From an uncultured Gemmatimonadota bacterium (GTDB taxonomy: Bacteria > Gemmatimonadota > Gemmatimonadetes > Palauibacterales > Palauibacteraceae): DNA of 64,000 nt. The stretch spans positions 14,453-78,452 of the forward strand of contig CAZTGV010000002.1 of the NCBI GenBank assembly GCA_964613475.1, read 5' to 3'. Each line of letters opens with the position of its first letter. The first letter of the stretch is position 1. Positions 9,282 to 17,932 of the stretch are shown here, in pieces. The notes below the pieces were generated by a model. That model made no database searches. It was not told the DNA's origin and worked only from the letters and a program-made list of their open reading frames with translations. Made by a program: the position numbers and the translations under genes.

Positions 9282-10562
9282 GTGATCCGGCTGGCCGAGG
9301 TCCGGAAGGCGTCGATCGGCGAGGCGCTCGGGCTCCGCCCGGGGACGGCGCTGCTTCGCATAAACGGCGCCGAGGTCCGCGACGCGGTCGACCTTCTCTT
9401 TCTCGAGGCCGAGGAGCGTCTCGAGCTGGAGGCCGAGGGGCCGGGCGGCGACCGGGTCGTCTACGACATCGAGAAGCCGGCCGGAGAGAGCCTCGGCCTG
9501 GTCCCGGAGCCCGACAAGATCCGCCGCTGCACGAACGCCTGTGCCTTCTGCTTCGTGAAAGGGAACCCCAAGCGGGACAAGCTCCGCGCCTCGCTCTACA
9601 TCAAGGACGACGACTACCGGCTCTCCTTCCTGTACGGGCACTACGTGACGCTCACGAACCTCCGGGAGGAGGACTGGGAGCGGATCGTCGAGCAGCGGCT
9701 CTCCCCCCTGTACGTGAGCGTGCACGCGACCGAGCCCGACGTGCGGCTCGCTATGCTCAAGAACCCCCGCTCCGCCGAGATCGGCCGCCATCTGGACCGT
9801 CTGCAGGCCGGGGGGATCCGGTTCCACGCCCAGGTCGTGCTGTGCCCGGAGCTCAACGACGGGCCGGTCCTCGACCGCACGATCGAGGACCTGTGGGCGC
9901 GCGGCGAGGACGTCCTGTCGCTCTCGGTCGTGCCGGTCGGCCTCACCGCTCACAACGCCGACCGGGGGATCCGCCCGCTGGAGCCGGAGGAGTGCCGCCG
10001 GGCCCTGGCGCAGGTGGAGACGGCCCGCGCCCGCGCCCGGCGCGCGCGCGGCCACGGCTGGTGCTACGCGGCCGACGAGCTCTTCCTCCAGGCCGACCAC
10101 CCGCTCCCCGGCTCGGACTACTTCGACGAGCCCGACCTGGCCGCCAACGGGGTCGGGGCGATCTCCCGGCTCCGCGACGAGGTGCGGCGGGGGCTGGGCA
10201 CGTTGCCCCGGTGGGACGGGCACCGCATCCTCCTGGTCACGGGCACGTCCATGGGCCCCCACCTGCGGGCGCTCGGTCGGGAGATCGCCGAGGCGTGCGG
10301 CGCGCGGATCGACACGGCCGTGCGGCCGAACGGCCTGTACGGTCCGATGGTGACCACGGCCGGTCTCCTGTCGGGTCGCGACCACCTGGAGGCGATCCGC
10401 CCGCGCGCCGAGACGCACGACGTGGCGCTGTTCAGCCGGAGCGCCCTGAACGAGCGGGAGCGCTTCCTGGACGACCTGTCGCTGGAAGAGCTCCGTGCCG
10501 CCGTCCCCGGAATCGAGATATGTCCATCGGACAACGTGGTCGACGCGCTGATGCGGGCCTGA
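9282..10562 (+). CDS. PDZ-domain / DUF512 radical-SAM-like protein (CxxxCxxC), conserved der-upstream gene
   Basis: N-terminal PDZ-like segment, CTNACAFC (C-x3-C-x2-C) cluster, DUF512-type C-terminus. GTG start is preceded by a GGAGG-like RBS. Confidence 0.8.
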   Translation: MIRLAEVRKASIGEALGLRPGTALLRINGAEVRDAVDLLFLEAEERLELEAEGPGGDRVVYDIEKPAGESLGLVPEPDKIRRCTNACAFCFVKGNPKRDKLRASLYIKDDDYRLSFLYGHYVTLTNLREEDWERIVEQRLSPLYVSVHATEPDVRLAMLKNPRSAEIGRHLDRLQAGGIRFHAQVVLCPELNDGPVLDRTIEDLWARGEDVLSLSVVPVGLTAHNADRGIRPLEPEECRRALAQVETARARARRARGHGWCYAADELFLQADHPLPGSDYFDEPDLAANGVGAISRLRDEVRRGLGTLPRWDGHRILLVTGTSMGPHLRALGREIAEACGARIDTAVRPNGLYGPMVTTAGLLSGRDHLEAIRPRAETHDVALFSRSALNERERFLDDLSLEELRAAVPGIEICPSDNVVDALMRA

Positions 10563-10570
10563 CGCCCCCG

Positions 10571-11911
10571 GTGGCGGCGGGCGCCTCGCTCCCCACCGTG
10601 GCGATCGTCGGCCGTCCGAACGTCGGCAAGTCCACCCTCTTCAACCGGATCCTCGGGCGACGCCTGGCGATCGTGGCCGAGCGTCCCGGGGTCACCCGCG
10701 ACCGGCAGTTCGCGGAGGCCGAGTGGGCCGGCCGTCCCTTCCTCCTCGCCGACACCGGCGGGGTGGTGGAGGCGCCGGAGGTGGCGGTGGACGCCGAGGT
10801 CCGGCGCCAGGTCGAGGCCGCCATCGGCCACGCGGATGCGATCCTCTTCGTCACCGACGGCCGACGCGGGGTGCACCCGGTGGACCGGCACGTGGCGGAG
10901 CTGCTCCGGCGCTCCGGCCGCCCGGCCGTGCTGGTGGTGAACAAGCTGGACGAGCTGGCCGGGGCCACCGGACACCTGGAGTTCTACGAGCTCGGGCTCG
11001 GGGACCCGCTGCCGGTGTCCGCCCTGAGCGGGAAGGGGAGCGGCGACGTGCTGGACCGGCTCGTGTCCGTGCTTCCGGCGCCCGGGGCGGAGGCGGCGCG
11101 GGCCGACGTGGCGTTGCGGCTGGCGGTGATCGGCAAGCCGAACGTCGGCAAGTCGAGCTTCGTGAACCGCCTCCTGGGCGAGGAGCGGGTGATCGTGCAC
11201 GAGGAGGCGGGCACCACGCGCGATGCGATCGACACCTTCCTCGAGTTCGAGGGCGCGCGCGTCTGCCTCATCGACACGGCCGGGCTCCGCCGACGCTCCC
11301 GGGTCGACGACCAGGTCGAGTTCTACAGCCGGGTCCGCGCCACGGCGGCGATCCGCCGCGCCGACGTGTGCCTGCTGCTGGCGGACGCCTCCGAGGGGGC
11401 GACGAACCAGGACTTCCGGATCGGGCAGTCGGCGTGGGACGGGGGGTGCGGTCTCGTCTTCGTGGCCAACAAGTGGGACCTGGTGCCGGACCGCGGGCCG
11501 GAGGTGGTCGCCCGCTTCGAACGGGCGCTGCGGGAGCGGGCGTCGTACCTGCGCTGGGTGCCGCTCCTCACCGCCTCGGCGAAGACGGGTCAGCGCGTGC
11601 GCCGGGCCCTCGAGCTCGCCATGGAGGTGCAGGCGCGACGGGAGCGGCGCATCCCCACCGCCGAAGTGAACCGGGTGCTCCGGGAGCTGGTGGGGCGACG
11701 GCAGCCGCCCCAGGGGTCGCGGGGCGACGTGCGCCTCCTGTACGCGAGCCAGGTTTCCACGGCCCCGCCTCTGTTCGTGATCTGGTCCAACCGCCCCCGC
11801 GAGCTGGCGCGCCACTACGTGCGCTACCTGGAGGCCGGCTTCCGCGAGGCGTGGGACTTCCTCGGCACGCCGCTGCGGATCCGGCTCCGGAAGCGGGAGG
11901 AGCGGCGGTGA
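10571..11911 (+). CDS. der: Ribosome-associated GTPase Der/EngA (two GTPase domains + KH-like domain)
   Basis: Two P-loops (GRPNVGKST and GKPNVGKSS), DTGG/DTAG and NKxD motifs. GTG at 10571 is in frame with ORF 9842..11911. Confidence 0.9.
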   Translation: MAAGASLPTVAIVGRPNVGKSTLFNRILGRRLAIVAERPGVTRDRQFAEAEWAGRPFLLADTGGVVEAPEVAVDAEVRRQVEAAIGHADAILFVTDGRRGVHPVDRHVAELLRRSGRPAVLVVNKLDELAGATGHLEFYELGLGDPLPVSALSGKGSGDVLDRLVSVLPAPGAEAARADVALRLAVIGKPNVGKSSFVNRLLGEERVIVHEEAGTTRDAIDTFLEFEGARVCLIDTAGLRRRSRVDDQVEFYSRVRATAAIRRADVCLLLADASEGATNQDFRIGQSAWDGGCGLVFVANKWDLVPDRGPEVVARFERALRERASYLRWVPLLTASAKTGQRVRRALELAMEVQARRERRIPTAEVNRVLRELVGRRQPPQGSRGDVRLLYASQVSTAPPLFVIWSNRPRELARHYVRYLEAGFREAWDFLGTPLRIRLRKREERR

Positions 11912-12531
11912 GCCCCTGGATCCTGCTCCTCGGCGCGTATCTGATCGGCGCGTTCCCGAGCAGTTTTTTAGTCGGACGGGCCCACGGTGTGGACCTGCGG
12001 CGGCAGGGCAGCGGCAACCTGGGCGGGACGAACGCGTACCGGGTGCTCGGCGCGTGGGCCGCGCTCGCGGTCATCCTGCTGGACGTGGCGAAGGGGTTCG
12101 GTCCCGTCTGGTTCTTTCCTCCCTGGGACGCGGCGGCCGATCCCCGCTGGCCGCTCGCCTACGGGCTGGCGGCGGTGGCGGGGCACGTCTGGTCCCCGTT
12201 CACCGGTTTCCGGGGCGGCAAGGGGGTGGCGACCAGCGCCGGCGTGCTCCTCGGCCTGGCGCCGCTCGCGGCCCTCGTCGGCATCCTGGTGTGGATCGGG
12301 GTCGTCCTCGTGGGTCGGATCGCTTCGGTCGCCTCGCTCCTGGCGGCGTTGGCCGTGCCGATCGTCGCGCACCTGTCCGAGGCGGCCCCGGAGACGGTGG
12401 CCTTCGCCGCGGGGTTGGCGGCGCTCGTCTGGTGGACGCACCGGGCGAACATCCGGCGGCTCCTGCGGCGCGAGGAGCTCCGGCTGGGGTCGCCGGCCGA
12501 GCGCGCCGAGCGCGAGGCGAAAGGACGGTGA
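11908..12531 (+). CDS. plsY: Glycerol-3-phosphate acyltransferase PlsY
   Basis: PlsY family membrane protein (GSGNLGGTNAYRVLG, GGKGVAT motifs). GTG start overlaps der stop. Confidence 0.9.
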   Translation: MSPWILLLGAYLIGAFPSSFLVGRAHGVDLRRQGSGNLGGTNAYRVLGAWAALAVILLDVAKGFGPVWFFPPWDAAADPRWPLAYGLAAVAGHVWSPFTGFRGGKGVATSAGVLLGLAPLAALVGILVWIGVVLVGRIASVASLLAALAVPIVAHLSEAAPETVAFAAGLAALVWWTHRANIRRLLRREELRLGSPAERAEREAKGR

Positions 12532-13538
12532 CCGCCCGGCGGGTCGCGGTCCTCGGGGCCGGTGCCTGGGGGACCGCCCTCGGGGACACGCTGGCGCGAA
12601 ACGGCCACCGGGTGGCGCTGTGGGCGCACGACCCTGCGGTGGCGCGGGAGATCGGTGAAACGGCCCGGAACGATGGGTACCTTCCCGGTGTCGACCTGGA
12701 CCCCGGCCTGCGGGCGAGCGGCACGCTCGCCGAGGTCCTCGAGGAGGTGGAGGTCGTGCTTTCCGTGAGCCCCTCCCACGTGGTCCGGTCGGTGCTGGAG
12801 GCGGCTCGGGAGCACCTGGACCGCCCCCTCCTCATCAGCGCCTCCAAGGGAATCGAGATCGAGACGGGCCTCCGGATGAGCGAGGTGATCGGCGAGGCGC
12901 TGGGGCCGTGGGCTGCCGAGGAGGTGGTCGTGCTCTCCGGCCCGAGCTTCGCGGCCGAGCTGGCCCGCCGGCTCCCCACGGCCGTGGTCGCCGCCTCCCT
13001 GTCCGCCGAACGGTCGCGGGCGGTGCAGGAGCTCTTCCAGAACCGTTATTTTCGCATCTACACGCAGTCCGACGTGGTGGGCACCGAGCTGGGCGGATCG
13101 CTCAAGAACGTGCTCGCCCTGGCGGCCGGCATGAGCGACGGGCTGGCGCTCGGCAGCAACGCCCGAGCCGCCCTGATCACGCGGGGGCTGGCGGAGATGA
13201 CCCGCCTGGCCACGCGCCTCGGGGCCCGCGAGAGCACGCTGGCGGGGCTGGCCGGGATCGGGGACGTGGTGCTCACCTGCACGGGCGACCTGAGCCGCAA
13301 CCGCACGGTGGGGGTCGCGATCGGCCGCGGGCGGGCGCCGGAGGCCGTCCTCGGGGAGATGGAGCAGGTGGTCGAGGGCGTGCGGACGGCGCGCGCCGCC
13401 CGCGACCTGGCCCGGCGGCACGGCGTGGAGATGCCGATCGTGGACGCCGTGTGCTCGATCCTGTACGACGGGGTGGCGCCCCGCGAGGCGCTCGACCGGC
13501 TGATGGCGCGCGAACCGAAACCCGAACGGTGGAGCTGA
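12528..13538 (+). CDS. gpsA: NAD(P)H-dependent glycerol-3-phosphate dehydrogenase
   Basis: N-terminal Rossmann GAGAWGTAL, GpsA C-terminal domain. GTGA overlap with plsY. Confidence 0.9.
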   Translation: MTARRVAVLGAGAWGTALGDTLARNGHRVALWAHDPAVAREIGETARNDGYLPGVDLDPGLRASGTLAEVLEEVEVVLSVSPSHVVRSVLEAAREHLDRPLLISASKGIEIETGLRMSEVIGEALGPWAAEEVVVLSGPSFAAELARRLPTAVVAASLSAERSRAVQELFQNRYFRIYTQSDVVGTELGGSLKNVLALAAGMSDGLALGSNARAALITRGLAEMTRLATRLGARESTLAGLAGIGDVVLTCTGDLSRNRTVGVAIGRGRAPEAVLGEMEQVVEGVRTARAARDLARRHGVEMPIVDAVCSILYDGVAPREALDRLMAREPKPERWS

Positions 13539-13542
13539 GGAC

Positions 13543-13905
13543 GTGGACGACCGGATCGCCCCCAAGGAGTACTACTCGATCGGCGAGGTGTGCGAGATCG
13601 TGGACCTCCAGCCGCACGTCCTGCGCTACTGGGAGAGCCAGTTCTCCGTCCTGAACCCTTCCAAGAACCAGGCCGGGAACCGCGTCTACCGGCGCAAGGA
13701 GATCAAGCTCATCCAGCTCCTCCGCCACCTGCTCTACCAGGAGAAGTACACGATCGAGGGGGCGCGCCAGAAGCTGGAGCAGCTCCGCAGCGAAGGGAAG
13801 CTGGGCCGGGCCGCGCGGGTGGCCTGGGACGCCGAGACGATCCGCGACCTGCGGCGGGAGGCGGACGGGCTGGTGGAGCTGTTGACGCTCGACGATGGCG
13901 CGTAG
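13543..13905 (+). CDS. MerR-family HTH transcriptional regulator
   Basis: MerR-type HTH (YSIGEVCEIVDLQPHVLRYWESQF) followed by a coiled-coil segment. Confidence 0.7.
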   Translation: MDDRIAPKEYYSIGEVCEIVDLQPHVLRYWESQFSVLNPSKNQAGNRVYRRKEIKLIQLLRHLLYQEKYTIEGARQKLEQLRSEGKLGRAARVAWDAETIRDLRREADGLVELLTLDDGA

Positions 13906-14725
13906 CGGAACGGACGCGAAGGGAGCCCGGCAGCGAAGCGACGTGGACCGGGTCGGTGGCGGAGGACATCCGCTGCGGCTGCTGATCACCAACGATGACG
14001 GGATCCACGCCCGCGGGCTCGCCGTGCTGGCCGCGGCGGCGCGGTCCCTGGGCGAGGTCTCCATCGTGGCGCCGGACCGCCAGCAGAGCGCCAGCAGCCA
14101 TTCCCTCACGCTCCACCGCCCGCTGCGGGTCACCGAGGTGGAGCGGGGGAGCTGGACGGTGGACGGGACGCCGACCGACTGCGTCCTGCTGGCGGTGAAC
14201 CAGATCCTGGCCCACCGGCCGGACTTCGTGCTCTCGGGGGTGAACCACGGCCCGAACATGGGCGAGGACGTCCTGTACTCGGGCACCGTGGCGGCGGCCA
14301 TGGAGGCCACCATCCTCGGGATTCCCTCGGTGGCCTTCTCGTTCGTGGGCGCCTCTCCGGACCGGCTGGAGGCGTTCGAGGGGCGGATCCGCGTCCTCCT
14401 GCGGGGCCTGGTGGAGCGGGAGGACTTTCCGGACGAGACGTTCTTCAACGTGAACGTCCCCGACCGAGCGGCCGAGGAGATCAAAGGCGTGAAGGTCACG
14501 GCGCTCGGACGCCGGGTCTACTCGGATTCCCTGACGGAGAGCCGGGATCCCCAGGGACGGGAGTACTTCTGGATCGGGGGCGGGGAGTCCCACTGGCGCG
14601 GGCGCGAGGACTCCGACTTCCGGGCGGTACGGGCCGGCTACATCTCGGTCACCCCCCTCCACCTGGATCTGACGAACTTTCGCCTCATGGAGGAGGTGCG
14701 GTCGTGGCCGCTGTCGACGGGCTAG
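13895..14725 (+). CDS. surE: 5'/3'-nucleotidase SurE (start may lie at the internal CTG giving LRLLITNDDG)
   Basis: SurE signature LLITNDDGI and conserved SurE core. The first ~25 aa of the ORF are low-complexity. Confidence 0.85.
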   Translation: MARSGTDAKGARQRSDVDRVGGGGHPLRLLITNDDGIHARGLAVLAAAARSLGEVSIVAPDRQQSASSHSLTLHRPLRVTEVERGSWTVDGTPTDCVLLAVNQILAHRPDFVLSGVNHGPNMGEDVLYSGTVAAAMEATILGIPSVAFSFVGASPDRLEAFEGRIRVLLRGLVEREDFPDETFFNVNVPDRAAEEIKGVKVTALGRRVYSDSLTESRDPQGREYFWIGGGESHWRGREDSDFRAVRAGYISVTPLHLDLTNFRLMEEVRSWPLSTG

Positions 14726-15360
14726 ACGCCTTCCGGCGCGACCGGCGGCGCATGGTGGAGCGGGTGCGCGCCGCCGGTGTGGAGGACCTGGCGATCCTGC
14801 ACGCGCTGGATGCGGTGCCGCGGCACCGGTTCGTCCCGCCCCCGCTCCACGGGCGGGCGTACGACGACGCCGCGCTGCCGATCGGCCACGGGCAGACGAT
14901 ATCGCGCCCGACCGTGCACGCCCTCCACCTGGCGCTCGCCGAGGTGGGGGAGGGGGACCGGGTCCTCGAGATCGGGACGGGATCCGGCTTCCAGACGGCG
15001 CTCCTGGCCACCCTCGGCGCCCGTGTCCACTCGGTGGAGCGGATCGCCGCCCTGGCGGAGGCGGCGCGGGCGCGGCTGGCGGCGCTCGGGCTCTCGGCGG
15101 AGATCCGGGTGGGGGACGGAAGCCTGGGCTGGCCCGAGGCGGCCCCGTTCGACGCCATCCTGGTCGGCGCCGCCGTCCCCTCGGTGCCGCCGGCGCTGGT
15201 CTCGCAGCTGGCGCCCGGCGGTCGGCTGCTCATCCCGGTGGTGGATGGGAGGGGACAGCGGCTCCTCCGACTCCGGCGGGCGGACGGCGGGGACGAGATC
15301 CATACCGAGACGGTGGAGCGCGCCTCCTTCGTCCCGCTGGTGGAGGGAGACGCGCCGTGA
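14704..15360 (+). CDS. pcm: Protein-L-isoaspartate O-methyltransferase
   Basis: SAM motif VLEIGTGSGFQTALLA, PIMT family length. The surE-pcm pairing is classic. Confidence 0.9.
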   Translation: MAAVDGLDAFRRDRRRMVERVRAAGVEDLAILHALDAVPRHRFVPPPLHGRAYDDAALPIGHGQTISRPTVHALHLALAEVGEGDRVLEIGTGSGFQTALLATLGARVHSVERIAALAEAARARLAALGLSAEIRVGDGSLGWPEAAPFDAILVGAAVPSVPPALVSQLAPGGRLLIPVVDGRGQRLLRLRRADGGDEIHTETVERASFVPLVEGDAP

Positions 15361-15998
15361 GCGACGGGGACGGCGCCCTGGCCGCGGAACCGACTTCGCG
15401 GCCGGGACCCCTCCGGCGCCTCTACCACTGGGTCCTCGGCTGGGCGGACCGGCCGGGCGGTCCCGCGGCGCTGACCGGGATCGCCGCCGCCGAGTCCTTC
15501 TTCTTTCCGATCCCCCCGGACGTGCTCCTCATCCCGCTGGCGCTGGGCCGCCCCTACCGGGCGTTCCGCTTCGCGGCGCTCTGCACGGCCGGCTCGGTGG
15601 TCGGCGGAATCGTCGGATACCTGATCGGGAGCAGCCTCTACCACGTCCTCGGGCAGCCCATCCTGGAGCTCTACGGGTACATGGACCAGTATGAGAGGCT
15701 GGGCGGGATGTACGCCGAGCACCTGGTGCTCACTCTCGGGAGCGCCGGGTTCACCCCGATCCCGTACAAGGTGTTCACGATCGCGGCGGGCGCCTTCGAG
15801 GTCCCCTTCCTCGCTTTCGTGGTGATCTCCGCCGTGAGCCGGGGCGCGCGCTTCTTCCTGGTGGCCGGGCTCATCCGGTGGTTCGGCGCTCCGATCCGGA
15901 GCTTCATCGAGCGCTACTTCAACCTGCTGACGATCCTGTTCGTGATTCTTCTGGTGGGAGGCTTCCTGGTGGTCGGATGGCTCACGGGGGCGAATTGA
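15357..15998 (+). CDS. YqaA/COG1238 family inner-membrane protein (SNARE-associated/DedA-like fold)
   Basis: 4-TM topology, ESFFFPIPPDVLLIPL motif typical of YqaA. GTGA overlap with pcm. Confidence 0.75.
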   Translation: MSDGDGALAAEPTSRPGPLRRLYHWVLGWADRPGGPAALTGIAAAESFFFPIPPDVLLIPLALGRPYRAFRFAALCTAGSVVGGIVGYLIGSSLYHVLGQPILELYGYMDQYERLGGMYAEHLVLTLGSAGFTPIPYKVFTIAAGAFEVPFLAFVVISAVSRGARFFLVAGLIRWFGAPIRSFIERYFNLLTILFVILLVGGFLVVGWLTGAN

Positions 15999-16008
15999 CG
16001 TCCCGGAC

Positions 16009-16854
16009 GTGGAGGGGGTAGCTTTGGCGGCCGTTCCCGGGCCAGGGCCGTTCGTCCCCGCGGAGCCGGGACGAACCGGCTCGCCGGACGGCGGTCCGGA
16101 GCCGGCGGACGGGGCTCCGCCGGGCGGCGTGTACGTGCCCTTGCCCTCCACGGCGCGGAGCACCGGTGGTGCGACCGTGGAGCGGGCGGGGGACGCCCCG
16201 GGGGGCGGAACGGCCTCCGGGGCCGGCGGTTCGGCCGGCGCGCCGCGCGACCCGGCCCCGCGGTCGGAGGCCGCGGAGGGCGGGGCTCCCTGGGAGCGGG
16301 CGCCGCGCCCCGCCGCGCCCGGATTGGAGCGCCTGGCGGCGGAGCTCGCCGGGACGGTGCGCACGGTGGTGGACTATCCCGCGCCGGCACAGCGGTTCCA
16401 CGACGTCACCCCGATCTTCCAGGCGCCCGAGCTGTTCCGGGGGACGGTGGAGGCGCTCGCGGAGGAGGCGCGCCGCCGGGGCGCGGAGGTCGTGGCAGGC
16501 ATCGATCCCCGTGGGTTGCTCCTGGGGCCGTGCGTGGCGCTTCGGCTCGGGCTCCCGTTCGTGCCGGTCGCCGCCCCGGGCACGCTGCCGGGGGACACGC
16601 GGGTGGCGGACCGGCGGCTGGAGCGCGCCGTGCCGCTCCGTCTGGCCGTGCAGCGCGGGCGGCTACGGTCCGGCGAGCGGGTTCTCCTGGTAGACGACCT
16701 GCTGGTCACCGGGGCCACGGCCGCGACCGCCGCGGGTCTCCTGGAGGAGGTCGGCGGCATCGTGGCCGGCGTGGCGTTCGTGGCGGAGGTGGAGCGCGGA
16801 GGGGGGCGTCGCCGCCTTGGGCGCTACAACGTATTTTCGATCCTGGCCTTGTGA
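16009..16854 (+). CDS. apt: Adenine phosphoribosyltransferase with ~105-aa Pro/Gly-rich N-terminal extension (alternative start TTG 16324 gives a canonical 176-aa Apt)
   Basis: C-terminal 175 aa carry the Apt PRTase core (VLLVDDLLVTGATAATAAGLLEE PRPP-binding motif). Upstream in-frame part has high GC3 but low complexity. Confidence 0.8.
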   Translation: MEGVALAAVPGPGPFVPAEPGRTGSPDGGPEPADGAPPGGVYVPLPSTARSTGGATVERAGDAPGGGTASGAGGSAGAPRDPAPRSEAAEGGAPWERAPRPAAPGLERLAAELAGTVRTVVDYPAPAQRFHDVTPIFQAPELFRGTVEALAEEARRRGAEVVAGIDPRGLLLGPCVALRLGLPFVPVAAPGTLPGDTRVADRRLERAVPLRLAVQRGRLRSGERVLLVDDLLVTGATAATAAGLLEEVGGIVAGVAFVAEVERGGGRRRLGRYNVFSILAL

Positions 16855-16886
16855 GCATTCACCTGAAGTCTGTTTAGAGGAGCGGC

Positions 16887-17678
16887 ATGGCGGATCCGCT
16901 GGCGAAGGAGCGGAGGGGCGAGGGAGCGACCGGGCGCGAGGACGCCTTCGTCGAAGGGATCTTCCGGTTCTGGACGTGGGTCCAGGCGAACGCGCGGGCC
17001 GTCATCGTGGGTACGGTCCTGATCGTTCTTCTGGCCGCGGGACTCCTGTATTACCGGAGCTACCGCGCCTCCGTCCAGGAACAGGCGGCGGTGGAGCTCC
17101 TGCAGCTCCGCGCCACCGCCGGACAGGACCCGGACCTGCCGGGGCGCCTCGCCTCCTTCATCCGGCGCTTCGGCGGGACGCCGGCCGCCGAGGAGGCGCG
17201 CCTGCTGCTGGCCCGGGTGCAGCTGAACGCCGGACAGCCCGAGGGGGCTCTGGAGACCGTGGAGCCCGTGGCCGACCGCTCGCCGGACACGCCGACCGGC
17301 TACGCCGCCCGCGTGCTCCGCGTCCGCGCCCTCGAGGCGCAGGGAGCCCTGGAGCCGGCGCTCCGGGAGCTGGCCAGCCTGGCCGAACGGGCTCGCTATC
17401 CCTTCCAGCGCCGGGCCGCCGAGGCCGACCGCGCGCGGCTCCTCGTCGAGGCGGGGCGCCTGGAGGAGGCCGAGGCGATCTACGCCCGCCTGGCGGCCGA
17501 GACGGCCGGCACGGGCGAGGACGCCGAGTACCGGGTGCGCCTCGGCGAGTTGCGCGCCCTCATCGCCTCCGGCGGCCGCCCCGAAACGGCGGCGGGGGAC
17601 CCGGACGCCATGCCCGCGCCCGGCTCGGACTCTCCGGAGGAGGCTTCCGGCGCCGCCTCCGCCGAGCCGGGCGGCTGA
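16887..17678 (+). CDS. Membrane-anchored TPR-like protein (YfgM/UPF0070-like)
   Basis: Single N-terminal TM helix (VIVGTVLIVLLAAGLLYY) followed by a helical TPR-like periplasmic domain. Last gene of the + block. Confidence 0.55.
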   Translation: MADPLAKERRGEGATGREDAFVEGIFRFWTWVQANARAVIVGTVLIVLLAAGLLYYRSYRASVQEQAAVELLQLRATAGQDPDLPGRLASFIRRFGGTPAAEEARLLLARVQLNAGQPEGALETVEPVADRSPDTPTGYAARVLRVRALEAQGALEPALRELASLAERARYPFQRRAAEADRARLLVEAGRLEEAEAIYARLAAETAGTGEDAEYRVRLGELRALIASGGRPETAAGDPDAMPAPGSDSPEEASGAASAEPGG

Positions 17679-17790
17679 CGGAGCCTCTCTCCCGTCCCGT
17701 CGTTCCGGTCGGTTCCACCCCCCGCTGGACCCGCCTGACCCGAAATCCGCTCCCGGCCGCTCCTGACACCCGGGCGTGCCCCGAGGGCCG

Positions 17791-17818
17791 ATGGCGCATA
17801 AGATATATTATGTAAACT
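17791..17818. other. dif: Candidate dif site (XerC/XerD chromosome dimer resolution site)
   Basis: ATGGCGCATAA-GATATA-TTATGTAAACT set against E. coli dif GGTGCGCATAA-TGTATA-TTATGTTAAAT. The GCGCATAA XerC-arm core and TTATGT XerD-arm core are conserved with 11+6+11 spacing. It is the only AT-rich island in a 70% GC region and sits exactly at the convergence of the + and - gene blocks. Confidence 0.6.
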
Positions 17819-17932
17819 AGCGCCGCCCGGACGGGGAACCGGAGCCGGAGGCCAGGCCCCCCTGCCTCGCACCCTTTCCTCGACTCTCCGGAGGCCGGTC
17901 GTCGGCAGCCCTTCTGGGCTCGCCTCCGCGCC

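Noticed and set aside
16009-16401. Antisense ORFs 15914..16390 and 15982..16401 opposite the apt 5' extension
   Set aside because: Pro/Arg-rich shadow frames with no start context. The apt frame has the coding-like GC3 pattern.
17791-17818. AT-rich element considered as a sigma-70 or sigma-54 promoter, or a small-RNA gene
   Set aside because: It lies between convergent gene ends, so no downstream gene is available. The -35/-10 spacing does not fit, and there is no GG-N10-GC. It matches the dif consensus much better.
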